DNA of 62,861 bases, filler included. It is 5 parts of 5 records of this genome, joined end to end, with 100 filler letters (N's around TTAATTAATTAA, not from the genome) between each part and the next. Parts side by side here need not be neighbours in the genome. Positions count along the whole stretch, not along the records: positions 7,450 to 35,844 come from SRR22947727_1791; 4 more parts are not named here. The stretch is one strand, 5' to 3'. Below, piece by piece: positions 10,707 to 21,483 of this stretch (the stretch's first letter is position 1; the number at the start of each line of letters is the position of its first letter). The position numbers were made by a program, and so were the translations under genes. The notes beneath the pieces are model-generated. The model saw only the letters and a list, made by a program, of their open reading frames with translations, was not told where the DNA came from and made no database searches.

Positions 10707-11765
10707 TTATTCGGAAGACATGCATTCTAAACCATCAACTAAATCAGTGCTACATTGATAAACTCTAACCCAATCTATCAAAAATTGATTTGGAATTGTA
10801 TCATCAGAAATCCCTGTGTCATTTAATGGCTCAGGAAAGTTACCGCCAATAGCAAGATTTAATATAAGGTAGAAAGGTTGGTCATAGGGAGCATTGATAT
10901 TGTCAGGTGCTCCATCTGTATACCACTGGTTATTTCTAACAGTTCCATAAAGCTCGCCATTAAGAAACCATTTAATTACACCTTTACCCCATTCGATAGC
11001 CCAAACATGATAGTTGTCTGCTGGATTAGAATTATCGGCTAAATGTGTTCTACCATCTATCAAACTATTATTTGGCCACTGACTTCCAAAATGCAGAGCA
11101 TATACTGTTCTATTTTCACCATCTGTGCCTGTGCATTCGTCACATCGTGCACCCAAGTTCACTGCTTCCATTATATCTATTTCACCTTTTAAAGGCCAGC
11201 TGTCGCCATATGTATTCGAGGCACCTAACATCCAAAATGCAGGCCAACTCCCTTGTCCTTCTGGAAGTTTAGCTCTAAATTCCATTCTACCATAGGTCCA
11301 TGCTTGGAGTCCTTCAGTTGTTATCTTTCCTGAAGTATAAGGTTGTGTATTTTGTGTTGAATCCCAATCGTTATTAGGCCCTGTAAATGTTTCCTCTAAT
11401 GCTACTAGTCGCATTAAGCCATTTACTATTTCTATATTGTCATCCCTATCCGTGTAGCATTGTTTTTCATTATTGCCTCCACCATAACATTCATTTTTTA
11501 AGTTCCAGTTATTAGTATTGATTGAGGGTCCATCGAATTCATCGGACCAGATAAGTTCCCATCCTTTATTTAAGGGATGGTAACTTGGTCCATCGGGAGC
11601 TGCCTCTGGCATTGCAGGCCGATTAACCCCGGGGGGTGTAGTTACTACGGGTGGTGTAACAACAGTTATTGGAGGTGGAGCTATGTTTTCTGAATTCCCT
11701 CCGCAAGCGGATAGAGCCGCGATAATAGTAAGAGATAAAGTATATATTTTATTTAAACTCATCAT
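10707..11765 (-). CDS. GH16 beta-glucanase (laminarinase-like) lipoprotein
   Basis: Lipobox LSAC, Pro/Thr linker, WSDEF, WPAFW, catalytic GEIDIME, DWVRVYQ. Confidence 0.9.
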   Translation of the reverse strand: MMSLNKIYTLSLTIIAALSACGGNSENIAPPPITVVTPPVVTTPPGVNRPAMPEAAPDGPSYHPLNKGWELIWSDEFDGPSINTNNWNLKNECYGGGNNEKQCYTDRDDNIEIVNGLMRLVALEETFTGPNNDWDSTQNTQPYTSGKITTEGLQAWTYGRMEFRAKLPEGQGSWPAFWMLGASNTYGDSWPLKGEIDIMEAVNLGARCDECTGTDGENRTVYALHFGSQWPNNSLIDGRTHLADNSNPADNYHVWAIEWGKGVIKWFLNGELYGTVRNNQWYTDGAPDNINAPYDQPFYLILNLAIGGNFPEPLNDTGISDDTIPNQFLIDWVRVYQCSTDLVDGLECMSSE

Positions 11766-11835
11766 TAAGTACCTTAAAAAATCAACCTCAATTAAATAAC
11801 TTAGATCAAATCTAAAATATAAGTCAATGAATTTG

Positions 11836-11849
11836 TGACAGCGCTGTCA
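11836..11849. promoter_or_regulatory. LacI-family operator-like palindrome upstream of the GH16 gene
   Basis: Perfect 14-bp palindrome TGACAGCGCTGTCA with a central CG, about 70 bp upstream of the GH16 start. Confidence 0.7.
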
Positions 11850-11861
11850 TTGTTTTAAACC

Positions 11862-12602
11862 TTAGTATTTGACTGACTTGAGGTATAATCCATCAGGCGG
11901 TGCTACAGGTCCGCATTTTGTTCTATCTCTGCTCTCAAGAATTTCCTTAATTGATTCAGGGTTTAATTTTTCAAGCCCAACTTCAACTAATGTACCAACC
12001 ATTGATCGAACTTGTTTATGAAGAAAACTTCTGGCACGAAAATAAAAATGAATTTCTTTTTCTTCACGCGCAATAGTTATTCTATCAATAGTTTTTGTAG
12101 GGCTTTTGGCTTGGCACTGCGTATCCCTAAATGTTGTGAAGTCATGTTGTCCAACAAGGTGCTGTGCAGCTTTATGCATTAATTCTACGTTTAATTTTAC
12201 TGGAATTCTCCAAAGTCTACCCTTATCTAATGATAGCTTCATTCGTCGATCTATAACACGATATAAGTACTCTCTTTCTGTTGCATCAAACCTTGCGTGC
12301 CATTCATCTGGAACCATCTCTGCTTTCAAGATAGTTACAGGGTCATCAGCCATATGAAAGTTCATGGCATCTCTTATTTTATCTGTTCGGTATTCTTTTT
12401 TTAAATCCATATGAGCTATTTGGCCTAATGCATGAACTCCGCTATCTGTGCGTCCAGAACCATATACTTCAACCGGTTCATTACGATTTAATTTTTTTCC
12501 TGCGTTTTCAAGAACGCCCTGAACACTTGGCCCATGGTTTTGCCATTGCCAGCCCATATAAGGAGCTCCGTCATATTCTATAGTTAGTTTATAACGCGGC
12601 AT
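11862..12602 (-). CDS. truA: tRNA pseudouridine(38-40) synthase
   Basis: EYDG, GRTDSGVHA, SFLHKQVRSMVG, APPDGLYL. Confidence 0.95.
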   Translation of the reverse strand: MPRYKLTIEYDGAPYMGWQWQNHGPSVQGVLENAGKKLNRNEPVEVYGSGRTDSGVHALGQIAHMDLKKEYRTDKIRDAMNFHMADDPVTILKAEMVPDEWHARFDATEREYLYRVIDRRMKLSLDKGRLWRIPVKLNVELMHKAAQHLVGQHDFTTFRDTQCQAKSPTKTIDRITIAREEKEIHFYFRARSFLHKQVRSMVGTLVEVGLEKLNPESIKEILESRDRTKCGPVAPPDGLYLKSVKY

Positions 12603-12632
12603 AAAAATAACTTTGTATTTGTTGGAACTTAT

Positions 12633-13562
12633 TCATTTCAATTCAGTGTTTAATGGCACTTTTCTACCTTTTAAAAATTCTCTTACATTCATTTTTGACT
12701 TTCCTGCGGGCTGAACTTCAACTAAGCGCACCGCGTTTTCTTTGCATGCAATTAATAAACCCTCTTCAATAACGGTTCCGGGTTGAACATTTTCTAAGTT
12801 TTTGAAGTTTTCATATTTACTCATGTGAATTTTAACGCGCTCTCCATTAATTTTACACCATGCTCCTGGAAAAGGAGAGAGACCACGTATGTGCCGATCA
12901 ATTATAACGGCAGGCAAATCCCAGTTTATTCTTGATTCAGTTTTTTTTATCTTATGGGCGTAAGTAGGTTTGCCTTCCTGTTTATGTGGGCTTAGCCCCT
13001 CTCGTTCAATTGCACCCAGTACCCTAGGCCACATGCTAGCGCCAATTCTAGAAACACTCTGAAACAAAGATCCAGTTGTATCCGTATCTTTAATTTTTAT
13101 GAGTTCTGATAAAAGAATATCACCAGTGTCCAGGCTTTCTTTCATCTTTTGTATCTGAACCCCAGTTTGCTCATCACCAGCCATTATTGCGCGATGTATT
13201 GGAGCAGCACCCCGCCATCTAGGGAGAAGTGAGGCGTGAAGGTTTAAGCATCCATATTTAGTTGATTCTAATGCCCTTTTAGGTAAAATTTGTCCGTAAG
13301 CTACAACGCAGCATACATCTGCTTCTAATGCTTCAAGCTCATCAAGAACTTCGCATTCATTAAACTTTTCCGGGATTTCTACGGGGATTCCCATAATTTC
13401 TGCAAACTGATGAACAGGAGATTTTGTGATTTTTTTACCACGTCCTGAAGCGCGCGGTGGTTGAGTGTAAACTCTTACCACATCATAGCTGTTAGCAATA
13501 ATTTCGGCTAATGAAGGAACCGCAAATTCAGGTGTTCCCATAAAAACTATTCTTAAACTCAC
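12633..13562 (-). CDS. fmt: Methionyl-tRNA formyltransferase
   Basis: FMGTPEFA, NLHASLLPRWRGAAPI. Confidence 0.95.
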   Translation of the reverse strand: MSLRIVFMGTPEFAVPSLAEIIANSYDVVRVYTQPPRASGRGKKITKSPVHQFAEIMGIPVEIPEKFNECEVLDELEALEADVCCVVAYGQILPKRALESTKYGCLNLHASLLPRWRGAAPIHRAIMAGDEQTGVQIQKMKESLDTGDILLSELIKIKDTDTTGSLFQSVSRIGASMWPRVLGAIEREGLSPHKQEGKPTYAHKIKKTESRINWDLPAVIIDRHIRGLSPFPGAWCKINGERVKIHMSKYENFKNLENVQPGTVIEEGLLIACKENAVRLVEVQPAGKSKMNVREFLKGRKVPLNTELK

Positions 13563-13617
13563 TTTTATGATCCTATTTATTGCACTCTATAAATCATAAA
13601 TATTAATTTTTATGTAC

Positions 13618-14136
13618 TTAATTTTCAGATTTTAATTTATTGAATTTTTGAACTTTTTTTACCGCGCGATCTCTTTTGAGGCGAGATAGATAGTCTATGA
13701 AAACAACCCCTTTGAGATGATCCATTTCATGCTGTATGCATGTCGCGTAAAGACCTTCGCACCACTCTGTTACTCTTTTCCCATTGTAATCTAAGTATGT
13801 AAGCTTAACTTTTTCTGGTCTTTCAACTGTATCAAATACATCTGGTACCGAAAGACACCCTTCCTCATAAGTTGATAAATTTTCAACAACTTCGAGAATT
13901 TCTGGATTTACAAAATATTTTACTTTAGGTTTTTCCTCATCTCTCGCAAGATCCATAACTATAATGTTTGAAGGAACACCTATTTGTATTGCTGCAAGCC
14001 CTATGCCAGGCGCTGCATACATTGTTTCAAGCATATCATCCATAAGCCTACGAGTATTATCCGTCACCTTCTCTACAGGTTTAGAAATTTGCTTCAATAT
14101 AGGGTTGGGCACTGTGAGTATAGGTCTGACTGTCAT
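13618..14136 (-). CDS. def: Peptide deformylase
   Basis: [20 protein letters not shown]. Confidence 0.96.
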   Translation of the reverse strand: MTVRPILTVPNPILKQISKPVEKVTDNTRRLMDDMLETMYAAPGIGLAAIQIGVPSNIIVMDLARDEEKPKVKYFVNPEILEVVENLSTYEEGCLSVPDVFDTVERPEKVKLTYLDYNGKRVTEWCEGLYATCIQHEMDHLKGVVFIDYLSRLKRDRAVKKVQKFNKLKSEN

Positions 14137-14280
14137 TACCCGTAACTAGTCATCTGGGCGTTAAAGGTCAAGCATTTGACTTTAGATAGCGTGGCATTCT
14201 GACCTAAAATACTACCTAATTCATCGTTGACTCATACTCATCTACAGCTAACTTGCTCGCCTGTTTAAAGGAAACATAGT

Positions 14281-14661
14281 ATGTCAGCTCAATGGAATGA
14301 TAAGCGCCCCATGGCGCCTCACTTGCAAATTTGGAAATGGCATCCTGCTATGTTAAGCTCAATTCTTCATCGTGCCAGTTCTATAGTTGCTTACATTGGG
14401 CTGATAATAGTTTCATTTGGAATTTTTTACTTATCATTAAAAGGGAGTTTGCCTTTAGAGTTTATTGTTTTTAGTCCGGTTGGTCTTGTTGGTTTTGGGA
14501 TATTTATTTTTTCATTTATGTTTATGGCCTTAGCGCAAGTACGACACGCCATCTGGGATAAGGGGTTTATGATGGATCCAATTAAAAATAATATCCTATC
14601 TTATTTGATAATAATTATTTCCGTAATTTGGACTTTTTGCATATTATCAATGAGTGTTTAG
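14281..14661 (+). CDS. sdhC: Succinate dehydrogenase membrane anchor, large subunit (heme His replaced)
   Basis: RPMAPHLQIW, SILHR, RHAIWD; first gene of the sdh cluster. Confidence 0.88.
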   Translation: MSAQWNDKRPMAPHLQIWKWHPAMLSSILHRASSIVAYIGLIIVSFGIFYLSLKGSLPLEFIVFSPVGLVGFGIFIFSFMFMALAQVRHAIWDKGFMMDPIKNNILSYLIIIISVIWTFCILSMSV

Positions 14662-14671
14662 GAGATAAAAA

Positions 14672-15001
14672 GTGTCGAAAAACTCTATACATAATAAATT
14701 ACACAAGTATGTTGGTTATGGGGTTATTATAAGTTTACCTCTAGTTCTTCTCAGTGCAGTTGAAGCTATAAAAGGAGGTTCACAAGGTTTTACCACTTGG
14801 CTTTCTAACCCTGTTGGCGGCATTGGTTTTTTAGCCTTTTTTACTGCAGCAATATGGTACTGCAAGTTAGAGCTTGATGAGGTAATACTTGACTATTTTG
14901 ATGGAAAATTGCGCTCAACATCTTTAATCGTCAACCGATTAGTCGCCTTGATCGTATGGTTTACAGTAGCGAACACTATCACAAGACTAATTCTAGGATA
15001 A
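14672..15001 (+). CDS. sdhD: Succinate dehydrogenase membrane anchor, small subunit (divergent)
   Basis: Position between sdhC and sdhA, 3 TM segments, W..NP and VILDY motifs. Confidence 0.8.
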   Translation: MSKNSIHNKLHKYVGYGVIISLPLVLLSAVEAIKGGSQGFTTWLSNPVGGIGFLAFFTAAIWYCKLELDEVILDYFDGKLRSTSLIVNRLVALIVWFTVANTITRLILG

Positions 15002-15007
15002 AGAACA

Positions 15008-16792
15008 ATGACAAAATGGATAGATCATACATATGACGTTGTTGTTGTTGGAGCCGGTGGATCTGGCCTGAGAGCGACATTGGGTGCGGCTCAGGCGGGA
15101 CTAAAAACAGCTTGTGTAACTAAAGTGTTTCCTACTCGCTCCCACACCGTTGCAGCTCAAGGTGGAATAGCTGCATCTTTGGGTAATATGGGACCGGATG
15201 ATTGGCGATGGCACATGTATGATACCGTTAAGGGGTCTGACTGGCTTGGGGATCAGGACAGCATTGAATATCTTTGTCGAGAAGCTCCAAAAGCAGTTTA
15301 TGAATTAGAGCATTGGGGAATGCCATTTTCCCGTAATGAAGATGGTAAGATTTATCAGCGACCTTTCGGTGGTCACACAACAGAATTTGGTGAAGGACCC
15401 CCAGTTCAAAGAACGTGTGCTGCTGCTGATCGTACAGGTCATGCAATGTTACATACTTTATATGGACAATCATTACGTAATGAAGCTGAGTTTTTCATCG
15501 AGTATTTTGCTTTGGACCTTATTATGGAAGATGGTGTCTGTAGAGGCATAACCGCTTGGAAGTTAGATGATGGAACATTACATAGATTCCGATCGCAAAA
15601 AGTTATTTTAGCAACGGGTGGTTACGGAAGAGTATTCTTTAGTGCTACATCTGCTCACACATGTACTGGTGATGGTAATGCTATGGTTCTCAGAGCAGGT
15701 TTGCCTTTGCAAGATATGGAGTTTATTCAGTTTCATCCCACTGGTATATATGGAGCAGGGTGTCTTATCACCGAAGGCGCAAGAGGAGAAGGCGGCTATT
15801 TAACAAATTCAGAAGGTGAGCGTTTTATGGAACGATACGCCCCTAGTGTCAAAGACCTTGCACCACGCGATATGGTTAGCCGTGCTATGGTTATGGAAAT
15901 TCGAGAAGGTCGAGGTGTAGGTAAGGATAAAGACCATATTTATTTACACTTAGATCATTTAGACCCAAAAGTTCTAGCGGCTCGGCTACCAGGTATTTCA
16001 GAGACTGCTAAGATTTTCTCCGGAGTTGATGTAACTCGAGAGCCCATACCCGTTCTTCCTACATGTCATTATAATATGGGTGGTATACAGACTAATTACT
16101 ATGGTGAGGTTTTAACAAAAAAAGGCAAAGATCCTGATGCTATAGTTCCAGGGTTAATGGCGGTTGGAGAAGCAGCATGCGTATCCGTTCATGGTGCAAA
16201 TCGCCTGGGCTCAAACAGCTTAATTGATTTAGTAGTATTTGGCCGAGCAGCTGGTATGCGCTGTGGCGAAACAGTTAAAGCTAATGCTAAGCAAAAGCCG
16301 CTTGCTCAAGATGCTGGTGCAGCTTCAATGGAGAGACTTGATAGGTTTAAAGCTGCTAATGGTTCCAAGAAAACATCTGAAATTCGCTTACGGCTTCAAA
16401 AAGCCATGCAAGAGCATTGCGCTGTTTTTCGTACCGAAGATAGTATGGAAGAGGGAGTAAAAAAAATTACAGATATTGCTCATTCTATTAAGGATATAGC
16501 AGTCTTTGATAAGACAATGGTTTGGAATACCGATCTTATGGAGGCTCTAGAGCTTGATAACTTAATTTGTCAGGCCATGGTGACTATGGCCTCAGCAAAC
16601 AATAGAAAAGAATCACGTGGTGCACACGCCCACGAGGATTATACAGACCGTAATGATAAGAAATGGATGAAACATACTCTTGCTTGGTATGATTCTGAGA
16701 AGAACAAGGTTAAAATTAATTATCGTCCTGTTCATAAATATACTATGTCTGATGGAATAGATTATATTAAGCCAAAGAAAAGAGTATATTAA
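15008..16792 (+). CDS. sdhA: Succinate dehydrogenase flavoprotein
   Basis: [13 protein letters not shown]-His, [23 protein letters not shown]. Confidence 0.97.
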   Translation: MTKWIDHTYDVVVVGAGGSGLRATLGAAQAGLKTACVTKVFPTRSHTVAAQGGIAASLGNMGPDDWRWHMYDTVKGSDWLGDQDSIEYLCREAPKAVYELEHWGMPFSRNEDGKIYQRPFGGHTTEFGEGPPVQRTCAAADRTGHAMLHTLYGQSLRNEAEFFIEYFALDLIMEDGVCRGITAWKLDDGTLHRFRSQKVILATGGYGRVFFSATSAHTCTGDGNAMVLRAGLPLQDMEFIQFHPTGIYGAGCLITEGARGEGGYLTNSEGERFMERYAPSVKDLAPRDMVSRAMVMEIREGRGVGKDKDHIYLHLDHLDPKVLAARLPGISETAKIFSGVDVTREPIPVLPTCHYNMGGIQTNYYGEVLTKKGKDPDAIVPGLMAVGEAACVSVHGANRLGSNSLIDLVVFGRAAGMRCGETVKANAKQKPLAQDAGAASMERLDRFKAANGSKKTSEIRLRLQKAMQEHCAVFRTEDSMEEGVKKITDIAHSIKDIAVFDKTMVWNTDLMEALELDNLICQAMVTMASANNRKESRGAHAHEDYTDRNDKKWMKHTLAWYDSEKNKVKINYRPVHKYTMSDGIDYIKPKKRVY

Positions 16793-16868
16793 GTTTTCTG
16801 GCTAAAATAATATATATTTTCCCTTGTTCGATTTTTATAAGGTTGGACACTAAAAAAAGGACTGTTTG

Positions 16869-17693
16869 ATGACCCTTGTACTTTCTGTTAGAGATCAGAA
16901 GACACCTTCTGTTGTTGTTCTCACAATGAATAAACCTGAGACAATGAACTCCTACAATATAGAACTTCACTCTGCGCTTCTGGAGGCGATTGTTTCGGCT
17001 GATAAAGACCCTTCTGTAAGAGTAATTATTGTAACAGGTGCAGGAAGAGCATTTTGTGCTGGCGCAGATATTAGTCAAGGTTTTGGCGGAGCAAACTTAG
17101 ATAGCGGCATGGGTGCTGATGCAGTCAATGGTATAAACCGAGACGCTGGAGGCATTTTAAATTTAGCAATATTCGATTGTGATACACCAATTATTGCTGC
17201 CATAAATGGTGCAGCTGTAGGGATAGGCGCAACTATGACTTTAGCTATGGACATAAGAATTGCGTCTAAAAAGTCAAAATTTGCCTTTCCATTTGCACGT
17301 CGTGGAATTGTTTTTGATGGTGCAGCAAGTTTTTTCCTACCTAAACTTGTTGGTTATTCCAAAGCAAATGAATGGATTTTAAAGGGTAACATTATGATGG
17401 CCCAAGAATTACTAGAGGGTGGTTTAATTTCAGAAATTTGCGAGCCGGAAGACGTGCTCACAAGATCTCTTGAATTAGCCAGAGATATTGCAGTTAATTG
17501 TTCTCCGACTAGTGTATCTAACAATAAAAAGCTATTGAGGCAGTCTATGCTTGGTAAGGGACCTTTTGATTTGCATATGATAGAGAGTAAAATGCTAAGT
17601 GAAGCTTTTTCTAGTGCAGACTGTGCAGAAGGGGTGCAGTCTTTTTTAGAGAAAAGGCCTCCAAGATTTTCAGATAGGAAGTGCAACGAATAA
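16869..17693 (+). CDS. Enoyl-CoA hydratase/isomerase family protein
   Basis: AFCAGADI, AAINGAAVGIG, EGVQSFLEKRPP. Confidence 0.9.
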   Translation: MTLVLSVRDQKTPSVVVLTMNKPETMNSYNIELHSALLEAIVSADKDPSVRVIIVTGAGRAFCAGADISQGFGGANLDSGMGADAVNGINRDAGGILNLAIFDCDTPIIAAINGAAVGIGATMTLAMDIRIASKKSKFAFPFARRGIVFDGAASFFLPKLVGYSKANEWILKGNIMMAQELLEGGLISEICEPEDVLTRSLELARDIAVNCSPTSVSNNKKLLRQSMLGKGPFDLHMIESKMLSEAFSSADCAEGVQSFLEKRPPRFSDRKCNE

Positions 17694-17818
17694 TTTTTGA
17701 TTATTTGGACTTCTAGTTAATATATAGGTTTACTAGAGCCGCGACAAAAAAACAAAAAATAACCGTCGCATACTTTGTGTGTTCCTATTATACGTAACTT
17801 AAATAAGGAATATTTTTA

Positions 17819-18598
17819 ATGGTACAGCTTACGCTTCCTAAAAACTCTAAGATAGCTCAGGGTAAAGACTGGCCATCTAATGCTACTGGGAAAAATATTA
17901 AAACCTTCAAAATTTATCGTTATGATCCTGAAGACGGAAGTAATCCTTATTGGGACACGTACCACATTGATTTAGATGCATGTGGACCAATGGTGCTTGA
18001 TGCACTTTTTAAAATTAAAAATGAAATAGATCCAACCTTAGCCTTCCGTAGGTCTTGTAGGGAGGGAGTCTGTGGTTCCTGTGCAATGAATATTGGGGGT
18101 CGTAATACACTTGCCTGCACCAAAGCTATAGAAGATGTATCAGGTAAAAGTATATCTATCTCACCACTGCCTCATATGCCTGTTGTACGTGACTTAGTTC
18201 CTGATTTGTCAAATTTTTACAATCAATACGCTTCGATTGAACCATGGCTTCACACTTCTACTCCACTTCCAACTGAGGAATTGACTCAAACAATAGAAGA
18301 TAGAGATAAATTAGATGGTTATTATGAATGTATTTTGTGTGCATCTTGTTCAACGTCTTGCCCATCTTATTGGTGGAACGGTGATAGATATTTAGGCCCT
18401 GCGGCTCTATTGCAGGCTCATCGCTGGTTAGTTGATAGTCGGGATGATGCTAAAAATGAACGCTTAGAAAAACTTGACGACCCTTTTAAGCTTTACCGTT
18501 GTCACACAATCATGAATTGCGCGAATGTATGTCCGAAAGGCCTAAACCCTGCAAAGGCTATTGCAGAAGTTAAAAAAATGATGGTTGCAAGAACTTAA
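17819..18598 (+). CDS. sdhB: Succinate dehydrogenase iron-sulfur subunit
   Basis: [34 protein letters not shown]. Confidence 0.97.
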   Translation: MVQLTLPKNSKIAQGKDWPSNATGKNIKTFKIYRYDPEDGSNPYWDTYHIDLDACGPMVLDALFKIKNEIDPTLAFRRSCREGVCGSCAMNIGGRNTLACTKAIEDVSGKSISISPLPHMPVVRDLVPDLSNFYNQYASIEPWLHTSTPLPTEELTQTIEDRDKLDGYYECILCASCSTSCPSYWWNGDRYLGPAALLQAHRWLVDSRDDAKNERLEKLDDPFKLYRCHTIMNCANVCPKGLNPAKAIAEVKKMMVART

Positions 18599-18609
18599 CT
18601 TAAAGGCAA

Positions 18610-19404
18610 TTACAGACTTTCTACCATATCTCTGATATCTTTGGTTGCCTTAGCAGCATTTTTTGACAGACTGGACGCACTTATAGGCTCACCAAACGTT
18701 AACTTAAAAGTTTTCCCTTTTTTATTTAAAAGTTCCTGAAAGAGAGTAATATCTCTAAGTTCTCGGTTAGCCCAGGCAAATAAATAGTATAAGAAGCTAT
18801 TGCGGGCTTTCATTCTTAGAGGAATTACTTGTGTTCCGTACTTTTTAGCTAGCATTGCTGCCGAGTTTTCCCATCTCCTATCTATAAGTCCTCTGCAAGT
18901 AATTTTTGCAAGCCTTCCGCTAGGAAAAATAACAATACATTTATCTTCTTTCAAAGCTTTTTTAAGCAGAATAAGGGTTTGTCGAGTTTTTTTAGTACTT
19001 CTTTTCTCTTTTTTCCACTCAACTGGAATAAATAAATCTGTTGCTAGAGGCATAACGCGTAAGGCATCTGAGTTTGCAAGAAAAATATGATCAGGCCTTC
19101 TTTCTTTAATCGCTTGATGAACTGCTATACCATCCGCTAGCCCAGTAGGATGATTGCTGATTAAGATACACTTTCCTTCTTTAGGTAGGCGGTCTAGGTT
19201 TTGTACAGATATTCTGGGGTTTATATGTTTGATCATTAATTTAAACGCATCATGCCCAGTTTTATTCTTGATCGCGTCTGTAAGAAATACAGCAGCGTCA
19301 TAAGCTAGAAGCCTGTACAGAAACGGTTTAAAAAATTTAAACAAGACAGGATGGCTCATCATCTTAGGGGCACGTTCTGATATAAGTTCTTCTACAATAT
19401 GCAT
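18610..19404 (-). CDS. Lysophospholipid/glycerolipid acyltransferase family
   Basis: SNHPTGLADG, IFPSG motifs. Confidence 0.8.
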   Translation of the reverse strand: MHIVEELISERAPKMMSHPVLFKFFKPFLYRLLAYDAAVFLTDAIKNKTGHDAFKLMIKHINPRISVQNLDRLPKEGKCILISNHPTGLADGIAVHQAIKERRPDHIFLANSDALRVMPLATDLFIPVEWKKEKRSTKKTRQTLILLKKALKEDKCIVIFPSGRLAKITCRGLIDRRWENSAAMLAKKYGTQVIPLRMKARNSFLYYLFAWANRELRDITLFQELLNKKGKTFKLTFGEPISASSLSKNAAKATKDIRDMVESL

Positions 19405-19532
19405 CTAAGTTTCTATAATACTATTGCGCTAAAAAAGAAAATAAAATTGAAGGCCACTAGCTTGAAAGTATTTATTGATTATGTTTATAGATCTGCAGGT
19501 AAGAAGTTCAATTAACTTAAGAAAGTTAAAAA

Positions 19533-20009
19533 ATGTTAAGATTTAACCCAATTAATGTTTTGTTTCTCTGTACTGGAAATTCAGCTCGATCAATTATGTC
19601 TGAAGCAATATTAAACGATATTGGTAAAGACAATTTTATTGCTTGGTCAGCAGGTAGCAAACCCTCTAAAAAACCACACCCTGATGCTTTGAGAGAGTTA
19701 TTTAATAGAGGTCACACTATTGAGTCTTATCGTTCAAAATCTTGGAGTGAATTTACAGCCGGACCTGCAATGGATATTGTGATAACTGTTTGCGATAACG
19801 CAGCAAAAGAATCGTGTCCTATATTTCCTGGGAAAGGTATAAAAATTCATTGGCCTGCTTTTGATCCTGTAAGTATTGGCGATCCTGATGAGCGTGCTAA
19901 ATCATTCTGTGATGTTTATGATATATTTTATAGCCGTATAACTAAATTGGTTTCATTACCGTTAGAGTGCTTGAGTAATAAGTCACTTTTGCAAAGTATT
20001 AGTAATTAA
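19533..20009 (+). CDS. arsC: Arsenate reductase (LMW-PTP fold)
   Basis: FLCTGNSARS, ITVCD..A.E.CP, HW...DP. Confidence 0.85.
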   Translation: MLRFNPINVLFLCTGNSARSIMSEAILNDIGKDNFIAWSAGSKPSKKPHPDALRELFNRGHTIESYRSKSWSEFTAGPAMDIVITVCDNAAKESCPIFPGKGIKIHWPAFDPVSIGDPDERAKSFCDVYDIFYSRITKLVSLPLECLSNKSLLQSISN

Positions 20010-20016
20010 CAAGCAG

Positions 20017-21228
20017 TCACCTTTTTCTGGTATTCTTATTACTCGGCATCCATAACTCTAGTTTTTTTGCGGCCCATTCACGACCTCCAAGACCAAAGGC
20101 AATTGCACCTCCTGCTCCAGCTGCGACTGCCGCAGCCATGGCGGAATAACGAAATGCTGTATCAACTATGCCTTCACCTAGTTGCATGGTTTCCAAGCCC
20201 ATAAATATAACTATTATCATAGTTGCATACTTTATTATTTTACCTGCGAGGTCTCCGGATGTCTGTGTAACGATCTTAGCTATAAAATTAGTTATAAACA
20301 GACCTGCACCTATGATTACTGCACCTAGGACAACTCTTCCTCCAATTTCAAGTAATGTATTAAATACGTTAGTTAGCTCATCAATGCCTAGAGCCTTCAT
20401 AGCTGCTGTAAGCCCTGTAAGTGCTACTCCTATAAAGCCTATATTTCCAATTATAACAGAAGGTATAAAACTTGTTCCCTTACCATCCAAGCTTGCAAAA
20501 GATGATAATGAGTTATCGATACCTAAAGCGGGCAATGTGCTTTTAGCTAAATTAGAAACAAATTTTCCTATAAAAACAAATATACATAGAATAATTGCAG
20601 CTCCAATAATTCTTGGTATATATCCCAAAATTGCATTTAACAGATCTGCTACTGGAGCTGAAACCCCTGGTATATCCCAAATCCCAATTGCAGTCGCAGC
20701 AGCTGTTATGATCACGACAGCTGCTACTATTAATCCTGAACTTTTTGCTAGCGATGTTGATTTATCTTCATCACCAGTTAACCCAAAACGTGTTACTAGA
20801 TTATCTATTTGAGCTGCTTCTAAGGTAGATGTCAGTGCCTCTTTTACTACTCGAGACAAGAAAATACCAACTGTGAGCACAAAAGCACCTACAGCAAGCT
20901 GCGGTAGATAGTTTAAAATATTATCCATCATACCATTTAGAAAACTGAGTTGACTGGAGAGTAATGGAAATTCGCCAAGGCCCATAAGAATAAATATTAA
21001 CCAAAGAACCCAAAAAACTGCCTTTGACAGTGATTTTCCAATATTTCCCCCTGTAGTCTTTACCTTGCGTCCAATTCCAGTTCGATTTATTGCACTTGAA
21101 ATTACAGCTTGTGCAATTTTTGATATGAAATATCCAATAATAATTACCCCCAAAGCTATCAAGGGCCCTGAAAGCCACTGTAGATTACTTGGTAAGATGT
21201 CTCCCACTGATTGACTAATTTTTTCCAT
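20017..21228 (-). CDS. CmpX-like / mechanosensitive-channel TM-helix repeat membrane protein
   Basis: Repeated YLP/YIP-led TM units, C-terminal AFGLGGRE. Confidence 0.8.
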   Translation of the reverse strand: MEKISQSVGDILPSNLQWLSGPLIALGVIIIGYFISKIAQAVISSAINRTGIGRKVKTTGGNIGKSLSKAVFWVLWLIFILMGLGEFPLLSSQLSFLNGMMDNILNYLPQLAVGAFVLTVGIFLSRVVKEALTSTLEAAQIDNLVTRFGLTGDEDKSTSLAKSSGLIVAAVVIITAAATAIGIWDIPGVSAPVADLLNAILGYIPRIIGAAIILCIFVFIGKFVSNLAKSTLPALGIDNSLSSFASLDGKGTSFIPSVIIGNIGFIGVALTGLTAAMKALGIDELTNVFNTLLEIGGRVVLGAVIIGAGLFITNFIAKIVTQTSGDLAGKIIKYATMIIVIFMGLETMQLGEGIVDTAFRYSAMAAAVAAGAGGAIAFGLGGREWAAKKLELWMPSNKNTRKR

Positions 21229-21483
21229 TTTGGTCTCTCCGGTATATCCTAATGCAAAAGAATACAGCTGTAGTGATTTGTTTCTGTTGCCAACACTTTA
21301 TAATCTGAAAATGAACGAAAGCTTAAGGAAATTACTTATTAACTACCTCTTGACCTTATTCAGAGCCACGTTAGGTAGATTTATGCGTGCTGCACCTATA
21401 AAAAATAAATTACTTTTGCTGTTTTTAATAATTATCAGCTTTGGATTACCTATTTTAGCTATTCTTCTTTTGCTTGACTTGTC

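Noticed and set aside
20168-20812. 214-aa plus-strand ORF
   Set aside because: Antisense shadow of the CmpX-like membrane gene.
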